DNA of 61,128 bases, counting the filler, from Chiloscyllium plagiosum (Eukaryota): assembly GCF_004010195.1 (NCBI RefSeq). It is 3 parts of one record of this genome, joined end to end, with 100 filler letters (N's around TTAATTAATTAA, not from the genome) between each part and the next. Parts side by side here need not be neighbours in the genome. Positions count along the whole stretch, not along the records: positions 36,431 to 61,128 come from NC_057715.1; 2 more parts are not named here. One strand, given 5' to 3'. The position numbers and the translations under genes are program-made. Below are positions 47,960 through 61,128 of this stretch, piece by piece (within the stretch, counting starts at the first letter, position 1; the number at the start of each line of letters is the position of its first letter). The notes below the pieces were generated by a model. It saw only the letters and a program-made list of their open reading frames with translations, searched no databases and was not told the origin of the DNA.

Positions 47960-48315
47960 AGGAAGGCTTGACAGGTTGGATACTGATGGGATATTTCTCT
48001 CCACAGGGAATTTTAGAACTAGAGGACACCGTTTTAAAATAAGAGATTTTCCATTTAAGGCAAAGATGAAAAGAATTTTCTTCTGCGTGTTGTTAGTGTT
48101 TGGAATTCTATTCCCTGACAAGTTGTGGAGGCTAGGTCTTTGAAAAACATTCAAAGCTGAGTTAGACAGATTACTAATCAACAATTGAAAGTCAAAGGTT
48201 ATAGGAAACAGATAGTAAGTAGATTTAAGGCCACTATCAGATCAGCCATGGTTTTACTGAATGGTGAAGCAGGTTCAAGAGACGAAGCTGTCTACTTCCA
48301 TTCTTATTTTTTACA
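47960..48315 (+). mobile_element. CR1-type LINE 3' end
   Basis: agaactagaggacaccgttttaaaataag...gatcagccatgg. Confidence 0.7.
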
Positions 48316-49209
48316 CTTTAATGAATATTTTGAACTTAAGTTCTGATAAGAAACAATTTTCATGGAGTAAATATATACGGTATATGCAGAGAAACCGGCT
48401 TTTGGTCCAATTAATCCCCGCTGTTGCAGGTGTTGGATTTGAGTCTTCTCTCATTTTTTCTCCTTCAAATTGATCGTTATTAACCTCTATTCCATTATCC
48501 CCTCATGTGTTGCCTAGCCTCCCTATAAATGTATCTATACTACTCACTTCAATCACTCCCTGTGGTAACATGATCTGCAATCTCATCATTCTCTGAGTAT
48601 AGGAGTTTTTCCAAATTCCCACTTGGATTTCTTGGTAATTATCTTCTGCTGATGGCCTCTGCTTTTATACTGTGTACTGTGTCCAGTGCTTCTATGTCTG
48701 TCATGGGACCAGAACTAAATGAGCTATTCAGATATCAGTGTAACTATGGTTTATACATTTACACTTCTATTAATTATTTTCAATAATTTTTAATTCTATT
48801 CAACTGAAAAAACAAAGTTCCTAGCCATGATGCATTCCCTTCCACAAGAGATATGCAGTGCACTCACAGAAAGCAGGAAGTTTCAGAGTGGCTCAGAAAC
48901 AAGAAAAAAGATACACAGTTTCTCTATTACAGCACTGGATGTCTTGTACCAGTCAGAAGGGAAGGTCACCACATCAGCGGCCTATCCCTCTGGAGCAGCT
49001 GATCTGCTTGGCTTCTTCTCCTCCTCTCTTTCCTCTCTCAAACTAAGATGGAAGTCCTTTAAGAAGCCCAGGACTAAGCACTCCCTAGCTCCTGGTGATT
49101 CTTAGGAAGTGTCCAATAATCCAAAGGTTATTCCGTCTGGGAAAAAAAAGAATGATGATGAGGATAGGGATTTCTCTTGAAACCTGAGATTGATTTGCAA
49201 ACCAATTAA

Positions 49210-50692
49210 TGAATCCTGGGAAGCTTTGAGGATCAAAGACACCTTGGTGTGCATGGTCACCAGTCCCTTAAGGTAACATGACAAGCAGATAAAGTGGTTA
49301 AGAAGGCATATAGGATACTTGCCTTTATTAGCTGAGGCAGAGAGTTTTAAAGCTTTCCAAATTAATGCTAAAATATATAAATATTGTTTAGCCAATAGCT
49401 AGAGTATTGCATGCAGTGCTGGGATCCACATTATAGGAGGCATGTGACTGCAAGAGAGAGGGTGCAGAGGAGATTTATCAGGATGTTGCCTGGGTTGGAG
49501 AGTTCTAGTTATGAAGAGAGCACAGGCAGACTAGGATTGCTTTCCTTGGAGCAGAGGAGACTAAAGGGGGACACAATTGAGATGGATAAAATTATGAGGA
49601 GCATCGATAAGGTAGACAGGAAGGAATCTTTCCTTTTGGTAGAGGGAACAATAACCAGGGGCATGGATTTAAAGTAAGAGACAGGAGGTTTAGAGGGGAA
49701 TTGGATGAAACTTTTTTTAACCCAAAAGGTGGTAGGAATTTGGAATTCACTGCTTGTAAGGGTGCAGAGACAGGAAATCTCATAATATTTTAGAAGTGTT
49801 TTTTTGATTTGATTTGATTTGAGTCATTTTATTTATTACTGTCCTGTCTACTGAGGTACAGTGCAAAGCGTTGTCTTATGTGCTTTATAGGCAGATCGTA
49901 TTATCCAAGTGCATCAGAGTAATAGAACAAAGTGCAGGATACAGTGTTACAGGTGTCAGGAAGGTACAGAGAGAGATCAAAGTAGCATTACAGAAGTCTA
50001 TTCATAAGTCTGGAAACAGTGGGGAAGAAGCTGTTCTTGAATATGTTCGTACATGTCTACAAACTTTTATATCTTTTGCCCAGTGGAAGAGGATGGAAGA
50101 GAGATTAACAGGGGTGGGAGGAGTCATTGATTATAGTGGTTGCTTTCCTAATGCAACTGGAAGCATAGATGAAGTCAATGGTGGGGAGGCTGGTTTGCCT
50201 GACCGACTGTGCTGCATTCATGACTCCCGTTAGTTTGTTTTGGTCAGGGGAAAGGCAGTTGTCATACCTCCCTGTGCAGATAGGAAGCTTCTATGACACA
50301 TCTATAAAAATTTATAAGTCTTTGACTGACATGATGAATTTCCTCAGCCTCCTGAGGAAGCAGAGGCGTTGTTGTGGTGACTTGACCGTGGTGTCAACGT
50401 CGGTGAACCAAGACAGCTTGTTGGTGATCTTCACTCTCAGGAACTTGATGCTTTTGACCATCTCCACCTCAGCACCATTGATGCAGACAGGGGAGTGCCC
50501 TCCACTCCACCTCCTGAATCAATGACCAACTCGTTCATTTTTAGACATGCAATTATAAATGCTAAGGCATACAAGGCTATGGACCAAGTGCTGGAAAATG
50601 GAATTAGATTAGAAAGGCAGTTGTTTTTGACTGGTGCCAACTCAATGGGCTAAAAGATCTTTTCCAGTGCTGTTGACCTTTATGGCTCTATA
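49210..50692 (+). mobile_element. CR1-type LINE fragment split by an antisense Rex1-like insertion
   Basis: Encodes ERVQRRFIRMLPGLESSSYEE..RLGLLSLEQRRLKGD; resumes after ~50545. Confidence 0.8.
49805..50540 (-). mobile_element. Rex1/Babar-like LINE 3' fragment
   Basis: Reverse complement of the 28985-29362-type sequence (ggggaagaagctgttcttgaat; cctcctgaggaagcagaggcgttgttg); (caaat)n tail. Confidence 0.8.
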
Positions 50693-53454
50693 TTACAGAA
50701 CCAAGGTAGATTAATGGAGCTAACATACAGATCAGTACTGAATGGCAGAACAATCTAAAAGGGATAAAGGATCCATTCCACCTCCTATGTTGCTACTTTC
50801 CTATGATTGTTGCCTATACAACAACATGTTGCACAATTACAGGCCTATTTTCACAACAAAGTGATCTTTGCTAACACAACAGAGAATGGTTTATTTTCAC
50901 CTCTGAAACCTACTTTCGAAGCTAATCAAGTAGAAAGCCATAAAAGACCAAAGCTTGAGCCAATGTAATGTCAACCCCAGCTGGCATGTGGCTCCAGCAT
51001 AAAAATAATTATTCCTAATTTGGGACATATCGACAATAAATAGGGAGACCCACTCAGATCATGAAGAAAGCTACTATTATAGATAAATAGATTGCTGTGA
51101 TCAAGTTGAAATGCTTTTCAAGTATAATGGTCAAAGCATATTGTTATGTGTTGTTATCTACTGTTCATCCACTCGATAGCATACCATGTAATGATTGATG
51201 ATATTATGTATAAATAAAGGGAAAAAATCTATTATTCCCCAACACTGACAAAGCTTACGCTGATAAATAAAATGTCTTCCCAAAGTCACACCCAGTAAAA
51301 GCCACTAAATCACTGCAATATAAAAAAAAATAAGATTCCTAGTTTCAAATAAAACACTGAAATATTTTATTTTCAGAACTGATATCGGCTTCCAAGGGAA
51401 CATCTCAATTTTTAATATGTTACTGCGTAACATAAATTTACCAGACTAGTTTTCGGTTTTCCCTGTATGCTTAATTAATTGGATGAACAGAGCTCAAATA
51501 CTACAAGATCCAATACTAGGTTAGGAAATAAAAATCATTGAAACATTTTCACACAATAACCTTCCTTTCTAAATTTCTCTTTCCCTCTTTTCCTTTAACA
51601 CAATCTCTAAAATCTATAAACTTTTGATCATTACTAAATATCTCCTCAATTTGTTCCATGACCAAAACCTTCCCCTTGCCTTGCAACCTTATACAGCCCT
51701 TTGGGATCTTTGTACTTCTAAAATTCTAGCCTCTTGTGCGTCCTTGATTTCCAATACTCCACCTGTCTTCAGCTGCCAATGTGCATTTTGAATTTCCTCC
51801 TTAAACCCCTCTACCTTTCTGCTCTTCGCGCTCTCTCTCTCTCCCTCTTCCTTTCAGACTCTCGTTAAAGTGTCTATCTTCTTCAGCCAACCCAACAATA
51901 GCTTCTTCATGTGGCTGGATGTCATAAAGATACTGCTTGTTATAGTTATCCATTTTTATCTGCCCTTTAGTGAAATGATTTGAGTTTTGTTATTCTTCCT
52001 TGGATGATGGAATCATTGGTGATGTCAGTATTTAGTGCCTATCCCTAGTTGTCCTTAAGGAGATAGTGGTGAGCTGTCACTTTGAAACATTTCTGCTTAA
52101 GGAACAAAATAACTACAAGTGATCAGTGTGAAATCAGAGCTAACAAGATCTGAAAATTGATGCAAACTACATTAAAAGTAATAATGAAACAATTACATTT
52201 GGATTTTTTTTGTTCCATTATAGCCATGCAGTCTGATATTACTAATCCTTAAGTCAATTACATGAGACAACAAATGGAAATCAAATTCCATTTGACAAGG
52301 CAAACCCATACCTGAATTATAATACAACATGTTGAATGACATAACATTGAAAAGAAAAGAAATTTAAATTCTTGTATTAATTTTTAAATTCTGAGGAAAA
52401 GAGAGGCAGAACACTCAGAGTTAAACTGATAGCTTGCTATATAATGACCTATTTTCCTGTTCATAAACTTCAAAACAAAATGGCTAACTGTAGATGCCTA
52501 CTTGTCTTGTTATGCATCATATTGCCAAATACCTAGCTATTTCTTGGAATCAAAGATGACAGTATTTATAAATTACACTACAGTAATGCAAGTGTGGAGT
52601 CCAGTTATGCTTTACTTACAGAACAGAAACATACCAATTGAGTATGTAGTAAAAATGAAACTTTCATGTTTTTGTTTTCACATTAATATTAATCAATTTT
52701 CAAATGATACCTTTGTCAAACTGTGACAGTAAAAATCATTTGAATTTGATTGTTTAGCACCTCCATTAAAATTGAAGAATTTCATGTTAGTCGACAAATA
52801 TTAAGGACACTTCCTGATACAATGTCTCTGAAACAGAAATTCTCGGTTTACGTCCAATTGCAGGATTCGATGATTAAGGAGGGTGCATTCATAACATGAC
52901 TAGACTTGTAAAACCATATGCCAATGTAAAGTGGTGAGAATGAAAGAGATTCCTGCTTAACTATGTGATGGAAAGAAACTGAACCTCTACCATCACTATC
53001 CACATTAAAAATGTAAATGTAAAAATATATGTTGCCACAGCAAGTCTTTCTCTGATTGGCTGGATGGATGCCCAGTGTAGATCAAATTTGTGCAAACACC
53101 ACAGGGGTCAATTCTTGTTCTATCTGGGGTGAATTCTGCGTCCTTGCCTTCTTTGTGATGTTATGGGTTAAATCTGCCTTATGTCAGAGACTTTGAGAAG
53201 AAAACATAGTGTCAAAAGCTGATTTTTCTGCCATAAAATATAATTAGGAATAGGGAATTTTGCAGAACGACCTTCTGTTTGCAAATTTTAATAAATTTAA
53301 ACTTTCAGCCTGTGTTGCTTAATATTTTCCAAGGTAGGTCATGAATGCAGAATTGGAACTTTTTTCCTTTAATGTTTTGAAATTTTAAGCCCTCAATTTG
53401 AAATGAATAGAAAGCTTAGGCTTTCATATTCGTACACTCATGTATACAGATAAA

Positions 53455-54050
53455 AAAACAGAATTCGGCCATGCAGCCCATTGAGTCTGCTCTGTCATTC
53501 GATCATGGTTGATGTATTTCACAACCCTGTTCTCCTGCCTCCTCCTCTTAACATTTGATCCCTTTACGAATCAAGAGCTTATCTATCTTTGTCTAATATA
53601 CTCAATAATTTGCATCCACAGCATTCTGTGGCATTCAGTTCCACTGATTCACTACCCTCTGACTGAAGAAACTCCTCCTCATCTCACTTCTAAAGGGTCG
53701 TTTCTTCACTCTGAGGCTATGCCATCAGGTCCTACCCTCTCCTACCAGCAGAAGCATCTTCTCCATCTCTACTCTATCTAGGCCTTTCATTATTCTATAA
53801 CATAAGATTGATTCAATGAGATTCCCCCTGTCATCCTTCTAATCTCCAGCAAGTGCATAACAGAGTCGTCAACTGTTCCTCATATGATAAGCCCTTCATC
53901 CCCAGGATTACTCATGTAAGCCTACTCTGGACTTCCTCCAACCTTAGCACATCCTTCCCAAAACTGGCCCCAAACTGCATGCACTATTCCAAATGTTGTC
54001 TGACCAGAGCCTGATACATCCTCGGCAGTACAACCCTCCTTTTGTATTCC
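53455..54050 (-). mobile_element. CR1-type LINE 3' fragment
   Basis: ggccatgcagcccattgagtctgctctgtcattcgatcatgg tail and RT C-terminal remnants. Confidence 0.75.
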
Positions 54051-54239
54051 GTAATTCTCTTCTTGAATTCCAAGGAAAAAAATATTGTAGTTCCTGGGTT
54101 TAGTTTTCATGTTAGTCAGTTCTTGTCTGATGTTTAGATTGTGTGTCATGTTAATCATAACAGCCATATATTATGTGCAGTCATTTATGGTTTTAGTACA
54201 AGGAAGCCCGAAGTTTGCTGCATAACCTTTCATGGCGAT

Positions 54240-54726
54240 ATAGTCATAGAGATGTACAGCACGGAAACAGACCCTTCGGTCCAACTCGTCCATGCCAACC
54301 AGATATGCCTATCCAATCTGGTCCCATCTACCAGCACCTGGCCCATATCCCTCCAAACCCTTCCTATTCATATACCCATCCAGATGCCTTTTAAATGTTG
54401 TAATTGGAGAAAGTGGGGACTGCAGATGCTGGAGATCAGAACTGAAAATGTGTTGCTGTAAAAGCGCAGCAGGTCAGGCAGCATCCAAGGAGCAGGAGAG
54501 TCGACATTTCGGGCATGAGCCCTTCTTCAGGAATGTTGTAATTGTACCAGCCTCCACCACTTCTTCTGGCAGCTCATTCCATACACGTACCACCCTCTGA
54601 GTGAAAAAGTTGCCCTTTAGGTCTCTGTTGTTTTGTTCCCCTCTCACCCTAAACCTATGCCCTCTAGTTCTGGACTCCCCCACCCCAGGAAAAAGACTTT
54701 GTCTATTTATCCTATCCATGCCCCTC
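54240..54726 (-). mobile_element. CR1-type (HER1-like) LINE 3' fragment
   Basis: Near-identical to 18470-18830. Confidence 0.85.
54407..54531 (-). mobile_element. Short Penelope-derived element with hammerhead core and 13-bp TSD
   Basis: TSD aatgttgtaattg at 54394-54406 / 54532-54544; reverse complement CTGAAGA-a-gggc(tcat)gccc-GAAA-tg-TC. Confidence 0.8.
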
Positions 54727-56239
54727 AGGATTTATGTCTGAACAATCACAAATCCAGCCTTAGCTCATCCTATGGATAGAGCACCAAGTGATTCTTCAGA
54801 TGTAACTGAATTTAATGGATGCATGTGTCATTCGAATCTAATTTTAAACCATTCATAACCCACTTTTTTGCACAGTATCAAAATCAGGTACTATTTTTAT
54901 GTAACTTTTACCAGTTTTTCATGCAATATATTCAGGTTTAGTTTTGTTTAAAGCATCTTCAGACATTAAAGACACCTTATGAATTCAAATTGATATTCTT
55001 TATGTCCAATAATTACTGTCATTCCACAACATATAAATATGATATGAATCTCAAACAAAATGTAAAAATGATCATATGGGGACAAGCAATATATGAGGCC
55101 AGAGATCAGCCAATGAACCTTATCATTCCTTATCAATATGGTCAGTTGCTAAGTTAAATTATTGTCTCCTGTGTCTATTCAGGCTTTTACGCATGATGCT
55201 GAATTAGATTATTTGAATTTCCAAACAAAAACCTTTCCTGGCAAATACCAAATTTCTGCAGATGCTGGTATCTGTCCTCATAACAAAAAGTGCTAGAGAT
55301 CACAATGAATCAGCTCCAATGAACATTCATCAAGACTCGAAGTGTTAGCTTGTTTTCTCTCCATGGATGCGGCCTGACCGAAGGTTTGATGCTGTTGTGT
55401 AGCTTTATTCATCCTGGAAAGAATTATAAAACAGTGCAGTGCAGAAGGAAGCCATTTGGACCATTTTGTTCAAGAGACCATAGGCCTAACTTGGCCCATA
55501 GCTGGAGATATCAGGCCTGACAGAAAATTGGCCAAACAAAATTAAACAGCAACTAACAGCTATCAACTACAGAGAACAATGGAAGCCAAGATCAAACAGA
55601 TTACAAAAGTTCAAGAGGGGGGCGGTAACAATCAGTTTGAGAGTTGAAAAATGCAGATGGGTCAATCAGATGTTCTGGTATCTTGACTGCCTGAGTATGT
55701 GTACTTTACAAATCCCAACATGGCAACAGTGAAGTGTATTGGCATGATGTCATTGAAGGCTTTGAACACAGCTCATAACCTCATTGGCCAAAGGCCAGAG
55801 AACATTCTGATAGGTCTGGTGTGGAGAGGAGAAGAATACACACTTGGAGTCTATCCTTCAGTGAAGACCCAATGAAGATTTGGAGAAGACTCATGGCAGT
55901 AGACCATACAGTAACCCAGGAAGACCCAGGAGAAGATCCACTCTGACCTGCAACCCACCTTCGTGGAAGAGAGCCAGACCTACATCAGAGAGGAAGGAGA
56001 TTCCACTGGCACAGTTCAAACCATGGATTATTGTGTGTTGTACCCTTTCTCAGACAGACAGAGCTAGATAGAGAGTAAATGTGAAAATTTGGGAAATGCT
56101 CACATCATGTTTTTAAAAATAATATTTTGTTCATAAAATTGATTTGAACCTCAAACTAAATTCTGTGTCCCTTTGTCTATCTCCTTGACAAAACAACTTG
56201 CCTTTTTAATATATAAACTGGTCAAAGTGTCCAAAGTAC

Positions 56240-56353
56240 AGGCGACACCATCACGTCTCTTCCGGACAACCACCTGATGAAGGAGTGCTCCGAAAGCTAA
56301 TGCTTCTGAATAAACCTGTTGGACTATAACCTGGTGTTGCGTGATTTTTAACT
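56240..56353 (+). mobile_element. Short Penelope-type terminal repeat with hammerhead core (56271-56302)
   Basis: cac-CTGATGA-a-ggag(tg)ctcc-GAAA-gc-TA; tail ctataacctggtgttgcgtgattttta shared with 11830-11955. Confidence 0.65.
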
Positions 56354-57022
56354 ATGTCTTTTCTGTATCACTTAATTGCCGTTTACTTAGAACTCTGTGA
56401 TTATTTTTCCTTTTTTTTAAAACCAAATTAAATCTACTTGATCCATGAATCAGGTGATTCATCAATATGCATCTCCCTTCAGGAGCATAAGACTTGGGGG
56501 GAAAAATTTTTTTTCCGATGTACATACCCTCACTGCTGGTTACTTCATTGACGTGATGGTTGATGTCCGGATTATAGTAACGTTAACAGCCAAGGAGTCA
56601 ATTACTGTTCTGGTTGAGATAGAGTCACTAATACACCTGGAATTATGACGTCAAAGAGCACTAAGCCAGGATTTGGCATATAATTGCCAAGGATCTGTTC
56701 TCAGGCTGAGAACTGAACGATCATTGTACAGTACTGTTAAAATCCATCTTTGCAAGATAGGTTGTTTTTACTTTACATCATGTCACAAGATTTTTGGCAC
56801 CAACTTAATATATTTCTGCACATGTGGAGGAAAACAATCACATGAAATATTCTGTTATGGCATGGTTTTCCACATTCTGCCAATATAATGTGTCATGAAA
56901 CTTCTTCAATCTCTGTTCCCCTTTTATTTTTCTCAAAGTTTGAGTGCAAAAATTTTTCAGTGGGTTTATTAATGATTCATTCACCGAAGAATCCAATAAC
57001 CATCCATGTTTAAAGGAATCGA

Positions 57023-57378
57023 TATAGACATAGACATAGAATCCCTATAGTGTGGAAGCTGGTCATTTCGTTCTTCAAGTCCACACCAACCCTCCGAAGA
57101 ACATTCCACACAGACCCACACGCCCCATAAAATCCCTGTAACTCTGCATTTCCCATGGCTAATCCATGGCTAGTCTGCACATGTGTGGACACTATGGGCA
57201 ATTTTGCATTGCCAATCCACCTAACCTGCACATTTCTGGACTGTGAGTGGACACTGGAGCACCCAGACAGGTGGAGAATGTGCAAACTCCACATAGACAG
57301 TCACCTGAGGGTATAATCAATCCTGGATCCCTGGCACTGTGATGCAACAGTGCTAACCACTAAGCCACTGTGCTGCCC
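57023..57378 (-). mobile_element. HE1-like V-SINE
   Basis: Reverse complement begins gggcagcacagtggcttagtggttagcactg; V-domain core present. Confidence 0.85.
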
Positions 57379-59107
57379 AACTATGGAGGCCTTTTAAGCT
57401 GAGACCTTGAATAGTGTGCAAGCAGGGAGATTTTGGAAATGGGAATCATAAGCTAAACATTTTGGAAATTCACACTTAAATGGTAGGTTCTGGGAAGAAA
57501 GAAATAGAGTAAATGATTCAGACTGATGACCTCTCAATTTTTTAGATAGAGCTTTGGAGACTACATGTCGTCTTACAGAGACCAGTTTTGGCCTTTAGAT
57601 AATTCAATGCTTATGAGGATAATTTTTTTAGAAGCATGTTCATACCATAAAATTGGGGCTGGAGCTTTAGTCAATTAGCGCTTAACTGTTAAAATTATTG
57701 TTTTTGGCTGGATGGCAATAAAGTGCATAATTCTTAAATTTGCCCAATTTCTGTTTTAAGAAGGATTGAGTCACAAACCAACCTGCTCCCAGGAAGTCAA
57801 CTCATTTAAACATGAGCCTGAGATTTTATTTTTACTTCCAACTTTTACACTGGGGGTCAGTTGTGTTAGAAATGCTTACATTCCAAACCAGACATGCCTG
57901 TAACTTTAAGACAGTTACACCTAAGCAAGGCATGAGGCATTCCAGTATAAAGATAACCCCCTTGCCTTATGTTCAGTTATTCTCTGTTCAATAGTAACAG
58001 TGTACTATCTTCGATCTGTCAGCTATGTGTACGGAATGTACAATTTTGTACAGTGCTTACTTTTCTTTCTCTATGAGTAATTCTGTGAGATTATAACTAT
58101 CTAAATAGTTAGCGTTGCAAATAAACTTCAAAATATCTGACTCTATAAGAATTTGTATCTCTGTGACACATCTTATCATAAAATCATACAGTACAGAAGA
58201 GGCCTTTTGACCCATCAAGTCCACACTAATAAGAATACTTTACTTCTACACGAGTTCCACTTTCCAGTACTTGGACATCGCCTGTACATTTTTTAAGGAT
58301 GAGAGTTTTCACATCTGAACATGAAATGGCACAATATGGTACGGTCGACACAACATAAGGTAAGTACTCAAAGCTGATGAAACTGGATGAAACTGGTAGA
58401 CACCTTTCCAAAACCTTTCCCTACCCTGTCTTACCAATCAATTACCTGTGTAACAAGCAAATCTGTTATCTGCCCACAGTTATTAATTATTGTCCTCCAC
58501 ATTGTACATGGATTGGTGTATGGGAAATCTAACACCTTCTGATATCTGTCATGACACGCAATCCATTATTTGATGCTACCTGCTGCCCACCCAATGTCCT
58601 TTATTCTCCTCCTGCCACTTTCTACCCTCTTCACCTGATCTCTCCCACCCCCTTATTAATGAAATCTGATCGTTCCCTCCAAAATCTCTGCCCCACGATT
58701 GGGTTGCAGGGTCATGCCAAAGACCTCGGTGCTGACTGTGCTCAATAGCCAGTTAGCATAATTTCAATTTTGCCAGCCAACAGGTTTTGCCATTAAATTC
58801 AGAAAGAGCGAAGAAGAAACCAGCTTTTCTTTTTTCCCAATGCAACAACAAAATTCACATTCCATTCCTACCTCTCTTTAAATAATAGAGTTGCTATCTC
58901 CACGTCATGCCTAAATGAAGGAACACCAACTTAAATAATAACTTTACCTACCCAACATAGCATGAATTGATCACTAAATGACCTAAGTCCAACTTTATAT
59001 GTAATGAAATTTGATTGAGTTGAAAATCAGCAGAAAGAAAATCAAAGTTGCCTGTTTGAGAATTACCTATAAATTTCATTGATAACTTCAATATCCTATA
59101 GGCGCAA

Positions 59108-59228
59108 GTGATTACTGCAGATGCTGGATGTTAGAGTCGAGAATGTGGAGCTGGAAAAGCACAGCAGGTCAGGCAGCAACTGAGGAGCAGAAAAATTGAC
59201 GTTTCAGGCAAAGGTCATTCATCAGGGC
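59108..59228 (-). mobile_element. Short Penelope-derived element with degenerate hammerhead
   Basis: Reverse complement CTGATGA-atgacctttgcct-GAAA-cg-TC. Confidence 0.7.
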
Positions 59229-60249
59229 TTTTGTAGTTTCAAATTTGGTACAGACTTTTTGCAATATCCCTTGAATGAAAAGCAACACTTAATTTGTTTC
59301 CAAAGAAAGAATTGGTCTTGATTTATTTATGAAAAAAATCCATGAACCTATTATTCTGAAAGTATTTATTTTCCAATCAATTTGAACATAAGTTTGGTAG
59401 ACAGAACTTCTGGGAGAGGAAATTCAGGATACTTTTCAGTACCAAACCCTTGTTTATGACTGACTGTGTTTCCTTAGACTGTAGTATTTGGAAGCAAGAG
59501 CTGGGTTGTATGCCTCTGTTCACATAGTTGTAAAGTCCAGAACAAAGATAATGAAAAATCTACACATGCAGTCTGCAGCCGAAGTGATTGCACTCATGCT
59601 GGACTTCAATGAAAGATCCTCACAAAAGCCTAGTGGTCTCTGCGGCATGGATTTCCCATTTCCAAATGTTAATTTAAAAATGATTCAAGGTCAAGGGGAT
59701 CTTCAAGTATCTAACAGTCCCATGTCATCAAGCAAAGTAAGCAGCAACATTGAAGTGTTGTCACAGAAAGCAAAATAAGAAATTACTTAAACTGCTTACC
59801 TTTCACTTCTTGTAAATTTACCAGGAAGTGATCTAGAGATTGGGGCCCACACATTTGAAACTACAATATCATTCACCAGCTTGGAGGAAGATAATTCCTA
59901 ATACTTAGCAAACAATAGACGTGATTTTCTGAAGGGTGGCAATCGCTCTGCTCCTAAATGTTTTTTACATTTCTGGTAGGTGATTCTGATCAAGGTTGCT
60001 TCAGAAGTATGAGTGTAATTTAAATCTAACAGGTCTGTCACTGAAAAGATGTTCGGGGAAATGGAATAACATGCTTTTTATCATGTAGTAGACACTGCAG
60101 CAGCACAGACAGCCATTTTGAGAGCTCCTATGAAAGAGTCAGTAGGTAAGGTAAATATGAGATTAGGATGTCACGTGAGAACATTTCCAAGATGACAGGT
60201 GGGTAAGTCTCCGAGTCCCAATTGGATCAGGTGCCAGTAAATAGGGTAG

Positions 60250-61128
60250 GAGAAAGTGAGGACTGCAGATGCTGGAGATCAAAGCTTAAAAATGCGTTGC
60301 TGGAAAAGTGCAGCAGGTCAGGCAGCATCAAAGGAACAGGAGAATCGACGTTTTGGGCAAAAGCCCTTCTTTAGGAATGAGGAGGGTGTGCCAAGCAGGC
60401 TAAGATAAAAGGTAGGGAGAAGGGACTTGGGGGGAGGGGTGTTAGGAATACGATAGGTGGAAGGAGATTAAGATGAGGGTGATAGGCCGGAGAGGGGGTG
60501 GGGGTGGAGAGGTCGGGAAGAAGATTGCAGGTCAAGAAGGCGGTGCTGAGTCTGAGGGTTGGGACTGAGAAAAGGTAGGGGGAGGGGAAATGAGAAAGCT
60601 GGAGAAACCTGCATTCATCCCTCGTGGTTGGATTTTTCTTCTGCCGTCGCCTTCGCCTCCGCGCCTACTTCTTCAACCAGGACTCCCGCCCACCCTCTGA
60701 CGACCCCTTCTCCTGCCTCCAACACACCCCATCCACCTGGACACCCCGTGCTGGCCTCTTACCCACCCTCGATCTCTTCATATCCAACTACTGCCGCGAC
60801 ATTGACTGCCTCAACCTCTCCACCCCTCTCACCCACTCCAACCTCTCACCCTCGCAACGTGCAGCACTCCACTCCCTCCGCTCCAACCCCAACCTCACCA
60901 TTAAACCGGCAGACAAGGGAGGTGTGGTGCTAGTTTGGTGCACCGATCTTTATATTGCTGAGGCTAAACGCCAGCTCGCGGACACCTCCTCCTACTGCCC
61001 CCTTGACCATCACCCCACCTCCCACCACCAAACCATCATCTCCCAGACCATCCATAACCTCATCACCTCAGGGGATCTCCCATCCACCGCCTCCAACCTC
61101 ATAGTCCCACAACCCCGCACCGCCCGTT
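60250..61128 (+). mobile_element. Penelope-like element: inverted terminal portion plus ORF running off the window end
   Basis: RRLRLRAYFFNQ...NLSPSQRAALHSLRSNPNLTIKPADKGG (Penelope DKG motif); 60250-60630 is an inverted terminal segment. Confidence 0.88.

Noticed and set aside
56520..59960. Possible exons of a neighbouring gene (splice-like sites near 56527, 59485-59737 and 59799-59897); GTF2A1 lies 3' of TSHR in human
   Set aside because: No recognisable protein similarity and most frames contain stops; no GTF2A1 C-terminal peptide was seen.

Overview
Eukaryotic genomic DNA from a cartilaginous fish, most likely a shark (inferred from HE1/V-SINE-type SINEs and CR1-, Rex1- and Penelope-type repeats). 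It has two plain N-gaps and two artificial 100-nt N44-TTAATTAATTAA-N44 linkers. The only intact host gene visible is the 3' end of the thyrotropin receptor TSHR (+ strand; last three coding exons 2739-2816, 5195-5383, ~7050-8445). The remaining ~52 kb is repeat-rich. (1) Provirus ERV-A, 24072-28497: CAGC target-site duplication, perfect tRNA-Trp PBS, a gag remnant, and a gamma-type env open for 480 codons but stopped just before the membrane anchor. Its 5' LTR promoter motifs are intact, while its 3' LTR has no adjacent PPT and has had its TATA box replaced by an inverted copy of a nearby LINE. (2) ERV-B, ~36848-40640: internally deleted, with an MLV-like readthrough pseudoknot, ending 4 nt before a perfect splice donor. 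(3) An intronless, decayed MROH/maestro HEAT-repeat pseudogene just downstream of ERV-B. (4) About ten Penelope-associated minimal hammerhead-ribozyme motifs, many SINE/LINE fragments, a Tigger-like MITE and minisatellites.
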